Both the position numbers and the translations under genes were made by a program. Below, in pieces: positions 16,950 to 25,527 of a stretch of DNA of 64,000 nt. Source of the DNA: Polyangiaceae bacterium (lineage in GTDB: Bacteria > Myxococcota_A > Polyangia > Polyangiales > Polyangiaceae); NCBI GenBank assembly GCA_041389685.1, contig JAWKRJ010000033.1:19169-83168 (forward strand), given 5' to 3'. Under the pieces are notes generated by a model. The model was given only the letters and a program-made list of their open reading frames with translations. It was not told where the DNA came from and did no database searches. Position 1 is the stretch's first letter. The number at the start of each line of letters is the position of its first letter.

Positions 16950-18662
16950 ATGAGCACCATCCTCACCGTCGTCGACTGGTTCGCGCCCCATGCGCGCTCG
17001 GTCGACGATCGCACGAGGAGCCGCTTGGTGGTGTTGGCGTCGCTGCTCCTCGTCCTCTTGGGGGGCCCCTTGGTGTCCGAGTACGCGGCGACGACGACCG
17101 ACGGCAAGGTGACGATGATCTCGTTCGCCATCGGCTTCGTCACGATCACCGCCAACCCCTTCCTGCTCCGCTTGACCGGTGCGACGCGAGCGGTGGCGGC
17201 GCTGCTGGTGGTCGAGCTGATGGCCGTCCTCGCCTTCCAAGCGCACGACAACGGCGGCCTGGGCGCCCCCGCTTTCGCCTGGAACTTCGTGGTCCCCCCC
17301 TTCGCCGTGCTCGTGATCGGCTGGCGCGGGGCGGCGGTGGCGACGGCCGTGCTCATCGTCGAGGCGACGGTGTTTCACGTCCTGCACGAGCTGGGGCATG
17401 TCTTCCCTCAGCCCCTGACCGACTTGCAGCTCCGCTGGTGGCGCTTCATCGGGCTGGTGCTGGTCGCGAGCCTGCTCGGCTCGCTGGCCTGGACCTACGA
17501 CAAGATGCGCTCCGCGGCCTGGTGGCGCCTCCACACCACCCTCGACAACCTCCGCGGCGCCAACCAGGCGCTGTTGGAAGCACGGCAGGCGGCGGAGCGC
17601 GCCGCCTCGACCAAGCTCGAGTTCCTCGCGAACATGAGCCACGAGATCCGCACGCCGATGAACGCGGTGCTGGGGATGACGACGGTGCTGCTCGACGGCG
17701 AGCTCGACGACAAGCAACTCTCGCACGTGGAGACGATCCGCAAGAGCGGCGAGCACCTCCTCGACACCATCAACCTGGTCCTCGATTTCTCCAAGCTCGA
17801 TGGCGGTCACCTGGTCCTCGAACGCCGGAGCTTCGCGGTGCGGCCCTGGCTCGAGCGCTGGGTGGAGGAGGCGGAGGAACGCGGCCACCCGGTGCGCCAC
17901 ACCCTGGACGATCAGGCGGGGGAGCGGCTCCTCGCCGACGACACGCGCCTCGGCCAGCTGCTGCGGCATCTCCTCGACGACGCCTCGGGAGGCGACACCA
18001 CGGCAGGCGTCGCGGTGGAGGCGAGGGTCACCACGGGTGGCGATCGCGCCGAGCTCCATCTCCGGCTCGAGGTGACGGCGGACCCAGCTCGGCGTCCCCG
18101 CGGGCGTGATGGGAGCGACGAGCCGCCGCTCCGCGGTCTCAGCCGCGAGGTCGCGCGAAGGCTGCTCGAGGTCCTGGGGGGCCGCTCGACGGTCCAGCCG
18201 ACGCCGGAGGGCTACGCGACGACGGTGGTGGTGCCCGTGGACGTGGACGCGAGCCCTCCCACGAGTGAGCTGACCCTGCCCCCGAGCTCCAAGAGCCTCG
18301 CGATCCTGCTCGTCGAGGACAACGTCATCAACCAGCGCGTGGCCCTGGCCCTGCTGGCCAAGCTGGGCTTCGAGGCCGACCTCGCCAAGGACGGCGTGGA
18401 GGCGGTGGAGGCGGCCGAGCGCCGGGCCTACGACGTGATCCTGATGGACATGCAGATGCCGCGGATGGACGGCGCGGAGGCCACCCGTCGGATCCGCGCG
18501 CAAGCGGGGCCCGGCCCCGTCATCGTGGCCCTGACCGCCAACTCGATCGCGGAGCACCGCCGGGCCTGCCTCGAGGCGGGCATGAACGCCTACCTGGAGA
18601 AGCCGATCCGGCACGCCGAGCTCGAGCGGCTGCTGCGAGGACTGCGACCGCGACGAGCCTGA
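16950..18662 (+). CDS. Hybrid sensor histidine kinase/response regulator with degenerate ATPase domain
   Basis: About six N-terminal TM helices, H-box FLANMSHEIRTPMNAVLGM, and an intact receiver (ILLVEDNVINQ...DVILMDMQMPRMDG...YLEKPI). The region where N/G1/G2 boxes belong reads LLRHLLDDASGGD...EVTADPARRPRG...LRGLSREVARRLL. Confidence 0.85.
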   Translation: MSTILTVVDWFAPHARSVDDRTRSRLVVLASLLLVLLGGPLVSEYAATTTDGKVTMISFAIGFVTITANPFLLRLTGATRAVAALLVVELMAVLAFQAHDNGGLGAPAFAWNFVVPPFAVLVIGWRGAAVATAVLIVEATVFHVLHELGHVFPQPLTDLQLRWWRFIGLVLVASLLGSLAWTYDKMRSAAWWRLHTTLDNLRGANQALLEARQAAERAASTKLEFLANMSHEIRTPMNAVLGMTTVLLDGELDDKQLSHVETIRKSGEHLLDTINLVLDFSKLDGGHLVLERRSFAVRPWLERWVEEAEERGHPVRHTLDDQAGERLLADDTRLGQLLRHLLDDASGGDTTAGVAVEARVTTGGDRAELHLRLEVTADPARRPRGRDGSDEPPLRGLSREVARRLLEVLGGRSTVQPTPEGYATTVVVPVDVDASPPTSELTLPPSSKSLAILLVEDNVINQRVALALLAKLGFEADLAKDGVEAVEAAERRAYDVILMDMQMPRMDGAEATRRIRAQAGPGPVIVALTANSIAEHRRACLEAGMNAYLEKPIRHAELERLLRGLRPRRA

Positions 18663-18685
18663 GCGCCCCCAGGGAGCAAAATGGA

Positions 18686-18720
18686 CGAAGAGCGCGGCCT
18701 GGAGAGGCTCGCGCTCTTCG
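18686..18720. terminator. GC-rich hairpin between convergent HK and pilQ genes
   Basis: cgaagagcgcg (18686-18696) pairs with cgcgctcttcg (18710-18720), with extra pairing inside the 13-nt loop. No clear U-tract. Confidence 0.45.
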
Positions 18721-18737
18721 TGGCTGGCCCGACAGCC

Positions 18738-21047
18738 TCAGTTGCCCAGCGATTCGGCGCGGTTGACGATGCGCGGGGTGAGGAAGATCACCAGCTCGCT
18801 GCGGGTGTCGCTGGAGCGACGGCGCTGGAAGAGGACGCCGAGGATCGGGATGTCGCCGAGGAGCGGGATCTGGTCGAGGTTGCGACCGGTGTTGCGGGTG
18901 TAGATGCCGCCGATGACCGCGGTGTGGCCATCCTGAACGAGCAGGTCGGTCTCCGCCTCGCGCTTGAGGATGGTCGGGTCGCCGCGCGACGAGGTCTGGT
19001 TGAAGTCGGGCTCGTCTCGGTTGATCTTGACGTGCATCGACACCGAGCCGTCGGCGGTGACGTGGGGCACCACGAAGAGCTGCAGCTTGGCCTCCTGGAA
19101 GACCGTCTGCACACCCTGGGCGCTCACCTGCGAGAACGGGATGAGGGTGCCCTGGTTGATGCGCGCCTCGTGGTTGTCGAGGGTGAGGATGCGGGGGCTC
19201 GACACGATGCGCAGCATACCGGTCGCCTCGGCCGCGCTGAGGCGGACGGCGAGGTTGACGGTGTTGTCGATGGATCCGAACGAGAGGCCGAGGGCACCAC
19301 CTTGTCCGGTACCGACGGTGGCGGGGAGGTTGACCGCGAAGTTCGGGTTGGGGACGGTGCGGACGACCGGCGACAAACCCGCGGTGGGGGTGTTCTGGTC
19401 GCTGCCACCGCCGACGATGCCGATGGAGGACGGGAAGGCGAGGCCGGTCTCGGTGCCGCTGGCGGGCCCGAGGGAGACGTCACCACCCCACTGGATACCG
19501 ACGTCGCGCTGGAAGCGGCTGGTCGCCTCCACGATGCGGGCCTCGATGAGGACCTGCGGGGTCTGGGTGTCGAGGGCGCGGATGAGCTCCTCGATCTGGT
19601 TGAGGTTGCCGCCCACGTCGCGGGCGATGAGGACATTGGTGCGCTCGTCGACGGCGATGGAGCCGCGGGGCGAGAGGAGCTCCTTGGCCCGCTGCTGGAG
19701 GTCACCGGCGTTGGCGTAGGAGATGGGGATGAGGCGCGTCTCGATGGGGGCGAGCTGGAGCTCCGACTTGCGGCGCTCGAGCGCCAGCTCGCGCTCCTTG
19801 TTGAGGTCGCTCATGAGGGCGACGCGGATGATGTTGCCGCGCCGCACCATGCCGAGCTTCTTCGCCTGGAGGATGGTGTCGAGGGCCTGATCCCAGGGGA
19901 CGTTCTTGAGGCGGATGGTCACCGTGCCGTCGACATTGTCGGCGGCGACGACGTTCACGCGGCCCGCGTCGGCGAGGATGCGGAGCACGTTGTGGATGTC
20001 GGCGTCCTTGAGATCGACGTCGATGCGGCGGCCCGTGTAGCGGGGCGCCTGCTGCATCGGGGTGGTGGGGAGGAAGGCGCCCGCCACGTCGGGCTCGCTC
20101 GACCACTCGTCCTTCGCGGCGGCGTTGAGGGCCTCGTCCATGCTCGTGAGACCAGGCTCGATGGCCACCGACTTGCTGCGGCGCGCCGCGCCGCCATCCG
20201 CGCCGACACCCGTGAGCATGGAGGGAGCCGCGCCCTCGCCGAAGACGAAGTGGAGCTCCTTGCCGTAACGGGTCACGGCGCCGCTCACGCCCTCGGCGTG
20301 GTCGATGTCGACGAGGATCTTGTCGTCCTTCTTGTAGCTGGAGACCGCGTGCACCGCGCCGCCGAAGGCGGTGGTGTCGAGGGTGCGCTCCAGGCGTTTG
20401 TCGATGCTGGCGCCCGAGATCTCGAGGATGGTGCGCGTCGCCGAGAGCGCCATCTGCGTGTAGGAGGCGCCCTCCCCCACCGCCAGGATGACGCGGTCGG
20501 CGTGCTCGCCGTGCTCGAAGCGGAGGTCGGAGATGGGGCTCGTCGCGGCCGGCTTGGCCGCCACGGGGTCGCCCGGCTTGGCGCTCATCGGCGCCGTCTT
20601 CTCCGCCGGGACGAGCACGACACGGAGCCCTTCCGCGCTGGGACGGATGCTGTAGGCGGCCGGTTTGAGGAGCTGGATGAGGATGCGGGTGGTGTCGATG
20701 CCCTGGGCCTTGAAGCCCTGGGTCATGATGCCGCCGACCACCCCCTTGAAGTCGGTGATGGCGGCGTCCGCGCCCGCCACCACCGCGCCGCGAAGGTCGA
20801 TGATGATCCGCTTCCCTCCCTGCGCGATGCGGGCCGAGAAGTCCGGCTTCTCGGAGGTGCGCACGAAGACCTCGCTCCCGCCATCGGGCAGCTCCATGAG
20901 CTTGACCTTGGCGACCTTGAGCGATGGCGTCTTCGCGCCCGCGTTGGAAGAAACGCTCGTGGCGAGAAGCAGCAGCGCACCGGAGACGATCCGGACCGCG
21001 CGGGTCTTCCACACCCCGACCCCGACACTTCGCGTGAGGGCATTCAT
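18738..21047 (-). CDS. pilQ: Type IV pilus secretin PilQ
   Basis: 769 aa with signal peptide, AMIN-like N-terminal repeats and a secretin C-terminus (GGIYTRNTGRNLDQIPLLGDIPILGVLFQRRRSSDTRSELVIFLTPRIV). Last gene of the pilMNOPQ order. Confidence 0.95.
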   Translation of the reverse strand: MNALTRSVGVGVWKTRAVRIVSGALLLLATSVSSNAGAKTPSLKVAKVKLMELPDGGSEVFVRTSEKPDFSARIAQGGKRIIIDLRGAVVAGADAAITDFKGVVGGIMTQGFKAQGIDTTRILIQLLKPAAYSIRPSAEGLRVVLVPAEKTAPMSAKPGDPVAAKPAATSPISDLRFEHGEHADRVILAVGEGASYTQMALSATRTILEISGASIDKRLERTLDTTAFGGAVHAVSSYKKDDKILVDIDHAEGVSGAVTRYGKELHFVFGEGAAPSMLTGVGADGGAARRSKSVAIEPGLTSMDEALNAAAKDEWSSEPDVAGAFLPTTPMQQAPRYTGRRIDVDLKDADIHNVLRILADAGRVNVVAADNVDGTVTIRLKNVPWDQALDTILQAKKLGMVRRGNIIRVALMSDLNKERELALERRKSELQLAPIETRLIPISYANAGDLQQRAKELLSPRGSIAVDERTNVLIARDVGGNLNQIEELIRALDTQTPQVLIEARIVEATSRFQRDVGIQWGGDVSLGPASGTETGLAFPSSIGIVGGGSDQNTPTAGLSPVVRTVPNPNFAVNLPATVGTGQGGALGLSFGSIDNTVNLAVRLSAAEATGMLRIVSSPRILTLDNHEARINQGTLIPFSQVSAQGVQTVFQEAKLQLFVVPHVTADGSVSMHVKINRDEPDFNQTSSRGDPTILKREAETDLLVQDGHTAVIGGIYTRNTGRNLDQIPLLGDIPILGVLFQRRRSSDTRSELVIFLTPRIVNRAESLGN

Positions 21048-21191
21048 AGACGTCGTAGATGCTACTCAGCGCCTGGAACGCCGGCCCAGTTCTTGACGAA
21101 AGATTGTGGGGCGGCGCGACCTCCCAGCACCCAAACGCGACGACGGCAGCCACCGAGGTGACTGCCGTCTCCGATCACGCTCGACCGTGAG

Positions 21192-21797
21192 TCAGGTGCC
21201 TTCGCCGGTCGGGTAGAGCGGGATGACGCGGGTCGTCGGCGGGATGTCCGGGTGGGCGCTGTCCTCCCGGATGAACACGACGTCGGTGGAGCGGATGCGG
21301 TCCACGCGCCAGTTGATCGCGACCTCGGCGCCGTCGGTGCCGCCCGCGCTGACGAGCTCGGGGCGGCCCACGAAGTCACCGACATAGAGCACCCAGCCGA
21401 AGCCGGTGCTGTCGGTCAGCATGATGCTCGGCCGACCGCGGGTGAGGATGGCGACCAGCTTGAGCTCGTCGAGGGCGAAGTCGGAGGCCTTCACCTTGCG
21501 CTGGACCACGCTCTCGCCCTGGGAGCGCTTGACGAAGAGGTAGGAGTAGTCGCGGAAGGGATCGCGAGACTCCTCGCTCTCCACGAAGTCGGTCTCGGTG
21601 AACTCGACGACGGGGATGGTGGGCTTGTCGTCCACCGCGGCGGACGCGGTGGCGGTGGCCGCGGGGGCCGCCTCGGTCGCGCCCGGGTTGTCGCCGGGGC
21701 CCATCACCTCCTCCTCGCAGCCGGTGGCCGCGAGCAGCAAGATCATGGCGAGGGGCGCCGCGCGGTGCTTGGCCCAGTCGACGGCGGGGGGGCTCAT
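21192..21797 (-). CDS. pilP: Type IV pilus assembly lipoprotein PilP
   Basis: ATG 21797 overlaps the pilO stop (ATGA). MSPPAVDWAKHRAAPLAMILLLAATGC lipobox. Position between pilO and pilQ. Confidence 0.85.
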   Translation of the reverse strand: MSPPAVDWAKHRAAPLAMILLLAATGCEEEVMGPGDNPGATEAAPAATATASAAVDDKPTIPVVEFTETDFVESEESRDPFRDYSYLFVKRSQGESVVQRKVKASDFALDELKLVAILTRGRPSIMLTDSTGFGWVLYVGDFVGRPELVSAGGTDGAEVAINWRVDRIRSTDVVFIREDSAHPDIPPTTRVIPLYPTGEGT

Positions 21798-22468
21798 CGG
21801 CGGCCTCCTCGTCGGCCACCACGCGCGCCGCCGGACTCGCCCTCCTTGAGGGCGCGGAAGGCGGTGGCGAGGCAACGCACGTCGACGTCGATGGCCTCCT
21901 CGTCGAGAGGGTTGGGCGAGGCGGCCAGCGCGACCTGCCGCTCGGCGGCGCGCTTGTCGTCGGACTTGATGACGATGTCTTCCATGTTGATGATGCGGTC
22001 GACCTGGCCGACCCCGTGGAAGAACTTCGCCACCTGGTGGAACTTGCCCTGGAGCTGGAGCTGCATCGGGACGCGGGCGTAGAAGGCCTCGGGCACTTCG
22101 TCCTGGGGCGTCCAGCTCGTGAGCTTCACGCCCGAGATGGTGGCCACGGTCTGGATGGTGGACAGGAACGCGGGCGACTCCGCCTCGTCGGGGAGGATCT
22201 TCTGCTGCTTGCGAGCGAGCTGCTTGCGGCGCTCGAGCTCGGTGAGGTCCTTGTTGTAGGCGCGATCCGCCTCCTTGCTCGTCTCGAGCTGTTGTTGCTT
22301 CGAGGCGAGGGTCTGCTTGGTGGCCTCGATGGTGCTCTCGATCTCGCCGTAGAACACGAAGAGGTAGGCCGCCGCCACCAGACCCACGAAGAGCACGCCG
22401 ACCGCGATCTTCCCCGGGAGGGAGATGTTGTCGAGGCCGCCACCGCCGCTGAGCTTGAGCTTGGCCAT
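21794..22468 (-). CDS. pilO: Type IV pilus assembly protein PilO
   Basis: 224 aa with one TM (IAVGVLFVGLVAAAYLFVFY), a coiled coil and a C-terminal alpha/beta domain. One-nt overlap with the pilN stop. Confidence 0.88.
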   Translation of the reverse strand: MAKLKLSGGGGLDNISLPGKIAVGVLFVGLVAAAYLFVFYGEIESTIEATKQTLASKQQQLETSKEADRAYNKDLTELERRKQLARKQQKILPDEAESPAFLSTIQTVATISGVKLTSWTPQDEVPEAFYARVPMQLQLQGKFHQVAKFFHGVGQVDRIINMEDIVIKSDDKRAAERQVALAASPNPLDEEAIDVDVRCLATAFRALKEGESGGARGGRRGGRR

Positions 22469-23115
22469 CAGTAGTTCACCTTCACTTGGAGCGCGAAGTT
22501 CACGAGGTCGACGCTCTTGGCGTTCTTGTCCTGCTGCTTGCCGGGCAGGAGCTGAACGTCGTCGAAGTATCGGCTGAGCTTGAGCCTTTGGGCGAATTCG
22601 TAGACGTCGCTGCCGTCACGCGCGACGCCGGTGAGCCGGACGTTCCGCTCGGACTCGGCATATTCCTGAAGCCAAAGCCGCTTCGGATCCCAGGCCGGGT
22701 TGTAGACCGCGTTGGGGTTGGTCTGGCGCAGCTGCTCGAGCTTGTCGGCGTCGACGGTGGGGCCCTTGCCCACGGTGAGCACCCGCCCCAGCTCGAGGAG
22801 CACCGCGGTCGGCCCCTTGCGACCGGCCTGGAGCTTGGCGATGGCGTCCTCGCGGGCGCGCAGCTGCTCGAGCTCGGCTTTGATCTTCTCGTGGTCCTTC
22901 ACCCGGGCCTGGATGTCGTTGATCTGGGTCTGGACCCGCTGGACCTCGCTGGTGATGTCGGCGAGCTCGTCTTCCTTGGTCTGGTGGAAGAAGAACAGGA
23001 CGATGATCTCCAGCACCACGAGCAGCATGACCACCAGGAGCCAGGTCTGGCTGGTCTCCGGGCCGCCCGCCGTGCGGCGTTCTGCAGCGTGAGGGAGGAG
23101 GTTGACGCGAATCAT
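22468..23115 (-). CDS. pilN: Type IV pilus assembly protein PilN
   Basis: MIRVNLLP N-terminus typical of PilN, then a TM and a coiled coil. ATGA overlap with pilM. Confidence 0.9.
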   Translation of the reverse strand: MIRVNLLPHAAERRTAGGPETSQTWLLVVMLLVVLEIIVLFFFHQTKEDELADITSEVQRVQTQINDIQARVKDHEKIKAELEQLRAREDAIAKLQAGRKGPTAVLLELGRVLTVGKGPTVDADKLEQLRQTNPNAVYNPAWDPKRLWLQEYAESERNVRLTGVARDGSDVYEFAQRLKLSRYFDDVQLLPGKQQDKNAKSVDLVNFALQVKVNY

Positions 23116-24179
23116 GCTCGCTTCTCCTTGCTCTTCCGCATCGCGAGCCCGAGGGCCACGCTCAGCTGGGCCGCACGTGCGGCGAGGGCGTTGCGGTCGA
23201 TCGACTTGTCCTCGACCCCGATGCGCTCCAGCGGCTGGATGACCTCGGTGTCGACCTTCGAGCGACGCTCGATGGCCTGGAGCAGCTGACCGAGGTTCGC
23301 GGTGCCGCCGGTGAGGTAGATGCGCGAGATGCGATCCTCACCGCTGGTGGCGAGGAAGAAGTCGAGCGAGCGCTGGATCTCGCCCGCGATGGTGTCGCAG
23401 ACCTGCTCGATCACCTGGAACACCTTGGGCGGCACCCCACTCGCGGCGTGAGCCGCGGCGGCCTGGCACTTGAGGTCCTCGGCCTGCTCGAAGGGGACCC
23501 CCACCTGCTTGATGATCTGCTCGGTGAGGTAGTTGCCGCCGTTGGCGATGTCGCGGGTGAAGGCGCTCGCCCCGCGGGACACGATGTTGATCGAGGCCTG
23601 GGTCGCGCCCACGTTGATGATCGCGAAGGTCTGATCCGGCGGGAGCCCGCGGTTGTAATCGAAGAGGTTTTGGATGGTGAAGGCGTCGATGTCGACCACC
23701 AGCGGCTTGAGCTTCGCCTGGCGTGCAATCTGGACGTAGTCGTTGATCTCGTCGCGCTTGGCCGCGACGAGGAGCAGATCCATCTGCCCCGCCTCGGGGC
23801 GACGGCGGAGGATCTCGTAGTCGACGTTCACGTCTTTGATGTCGAAGGGGATGTGGTTCTCCGCCTCCCACTGGATCTGCTCGTCGAGCTCCGCGGTGGT
23901 CATGATGGGGACGGTGATCTTGCGGCTGATCACGGACTGCCCGCTCACCGACAAGGCCACTTCCTTCTGGCGGATCTTGGCGTTGGCGAAGGTCGTCTGC
24001 AGGGCGTCGACCACGGCGCCGGAGTTCATGATGTGACGGTCGACGATGGTCTGAGGCTCGAGAGCACAGAAACCAAAGCGCAAGAGACCCAGGGACCCCT
24101 TCCGTCCTTCTTTCAGCTGACAGACCTTGATCGAGGTCGCGCCGATGTCGACTCCGACCAGGGGTTTACCCTCGGCCAT
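23112..24179 (-). CDS. pilM: Type IV pilus assembly ATPase-fold protein PilM
   Basis: 355 aa with an actin-like fold signature (VGVDIGATSIKVCQL...IINVGATQASINIV...IYLTGGTANL). Confidence 0.95.
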   Translation of the reverse strand: MAEGKPLVGVDIGATSIKVCQLKEGRKGSLGLLRFGFCALEPQTIVDRHIMNSGAVVDALQTTFANAKIRQKEVALSVSGQSVISRKITVPIMTTAELDEQIQWEAENHIPFDIKDVNVDYEILRRRPEAGQMDLLLVAAKRDEINDYVQIARQAKLKPLVVDIDAFTIQNLFDYNRGLPPDQTFAIINVGATQASINIVSRGASAFTRDIANGGNYLTEQIIKQVGVPFEQAEDLKCQAAAAHAASGVPPKVFQVIEQVCDTIAGEIQRSLDFFLATSGEDRISRIYLTGGTANLGQLLQAIERRSKVDTEVIQPLERIGVEDKSIDRNALAARAAQLSVALGLAMRKSKEKRA

Positions 24180-24336
24180 CTCTCCTCACCTTCCGCCGGA
24201 CGCACCAGGCGCCCTACCTAGTTTGAACGATGATGCGCAGTGGATCCACCGGGCACATCGCATGGACAAGCTTGGCACCCTTCTGGACCCGAGGGCAAAA
24301 ATACGCTTTACAAGTGGTCTCGCGATCATGACCGAC

Positions 24337-25516
24337 CTCGCTTTCAACGTCGCCAAGCGGCCTCGCGCCGGCCTTCGGACCTTGATCCTCGTGGTGCTGC
24401 TGAGCTCGTTCAGCGTCACCGGGAGCCGGCCCGCCGAGGCCCGCGAGGTCGTCCACCAGGTACAGAAAGGCCAGTACCTCGACCTGATTGCGCGGCGTTA
24501 TCACACCACCGCCGCCGCCATCGCCAAGCGGAACGGCCTCCGGCCGGGCAAGATGCTGAAGCCCGGCGACAAGCTCGTGATCATCGAGACCGACGAGCAC
24601 CGGCAATGGCGTGAGGCGGTGGAGCGCGCGACGGGCAAGCGGGTGAAGGAGCGCGAGCATCAGCCCGACCCGCCCGAGCCCGCCCCCGCCAAGCCCGAGC
24701 CGGCGAAGGCGGCCCCCAAGCCCAAGGCGCCCCCCCGAAAGCTCAGCCCCCGAAAGCTCAGCCCCCGAAAGCTCAGCCCCCAAAGCCGAGCCCGCCAAAG
24801 CCGAGCCCCCCAAAGCTGAGCCCGCCAAGGTCGAGGCGCGCGACGATCGCGAGATCACGAGCGCCAAGCGTCGCCCCAGCGGGGCCCCGGCCCAGGCTCA
24901 ACCCGAGGAGGAGCAGGCCGACGGCAAGGCGGCGGCGACCAGCGAAGTCCCGGCCGCGGAGCCCGCGCCCTCCCCTCCCGCCGAGACCTACGCCAAGGCC
25001 CCGAAACGCCCGGGCTACGTGCACCTCATTCGCTACGGCGAGCGCTTCGTCGGCCAGCTCGTCGCGCCCAACGGCCGCGTGAGCGCCAAGGCTTCGCAGC
25101 GGGTGGATCGACTGCTTCGCTCGCTCCGCACCGGCAAGCAGGCGAAGATCGACCGCCGCCTGCTCAACTTGCTGGCCCAGGTGAGCGACCATTTCGGCGG
25201 CCGGACCATCGAGATCGTCAGTGGCTTCCGGCCCTACTCCGAGAAGCAGTACACGCGGAACTCGCGCCACAACCACGGCGAAGCGGTCGACTTCCGGGTG
25301 GTGGGGGTGCCGACCGAGGTGGTCTTCGAGCACTGCCGCAAGTTCGCGAATGTGGGCTGCGGCTACTACCCCAACAGCGGGTTCGTCCACATGGACGTGC
25401 GTAAGCGCAAGACCCAGTGGACGGACTACTCGCGCCCCGGTCAGCCGCCGAAATACGCCCACCGCCAGCGTCAGGGCGGGCGCAAGGCAAAGCGCGACGG
25501 CCAGACCTCACCCTGA
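24337..25516 (+). pseudogene. LysM + peptidase M15A (DUF882/MepK-like) protein, reading frame interrupted
   Basis: Frame 1 (ORF 24127..24819) holds a signal peptide, a LysM domain (HQVQKGQYLDLIARRYHTTAAAIAKRNGLRPGKMLKPGDKLVI) and a PAK-rich linker, then ends as PRKLSPRKLSPRKLS. Frame 2 is open from 24647 with no start codon until 25019 and encodes KAEPAKAEPPKAEPA... plus the DUF882 core (IVSGFRPYSEKQYTRNSRHNHGEAVDF...GYYPNSGFVHMDVR). A 1-nt change in the C7 run (24730-24736) would fuse them. Confidence 0.65.
24737..24826. repeat. 15-bp tandem repeat, 6 units (gaaagctcagccccc x3, aaagccgagcccgcc-like x3)
   Basis: Read directly. Immediately follows the C7 homopolymer and encodes the linker of the LysM/M15A gene. 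Confidence 0.9.
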
Positions 25517-25527
25517 TCGGCGGGCGA

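Noticed and set aside
16386-18614. 742-aa minus-strand ORF
   Set aside because: It is antisense to the hybrid histidine kinase, which has clear H-box and receiver motifs. Low-complexity Arg/His/Glu composition.
18681-21161. 826-aa plus-strand ORF across the pilQ region
   Set aside because: It is antisense to a textbook PilQ secretin. The translation is Gly/Asp/Arg/Val-rich without motifs.
18738-24179. pilMNOPQ cluster as a candidate novel system
   Set aside because: Gene order, overlaps and protein signatures are those of the canonical type IV pilus alignment/secretin operon. Only its neighbours (the frameshifted LysM/M15A gene and the degenerate kinase) are unusual.
24273-24288. Sigma-54 promoter-like TGGCAC-N5-TGGA upstream of the LysM gene
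   Set aside because: The -24 element matches, but the -12 element (TTGC) is replaced by CTGGA. I cannot score it, so it is too weak to call.
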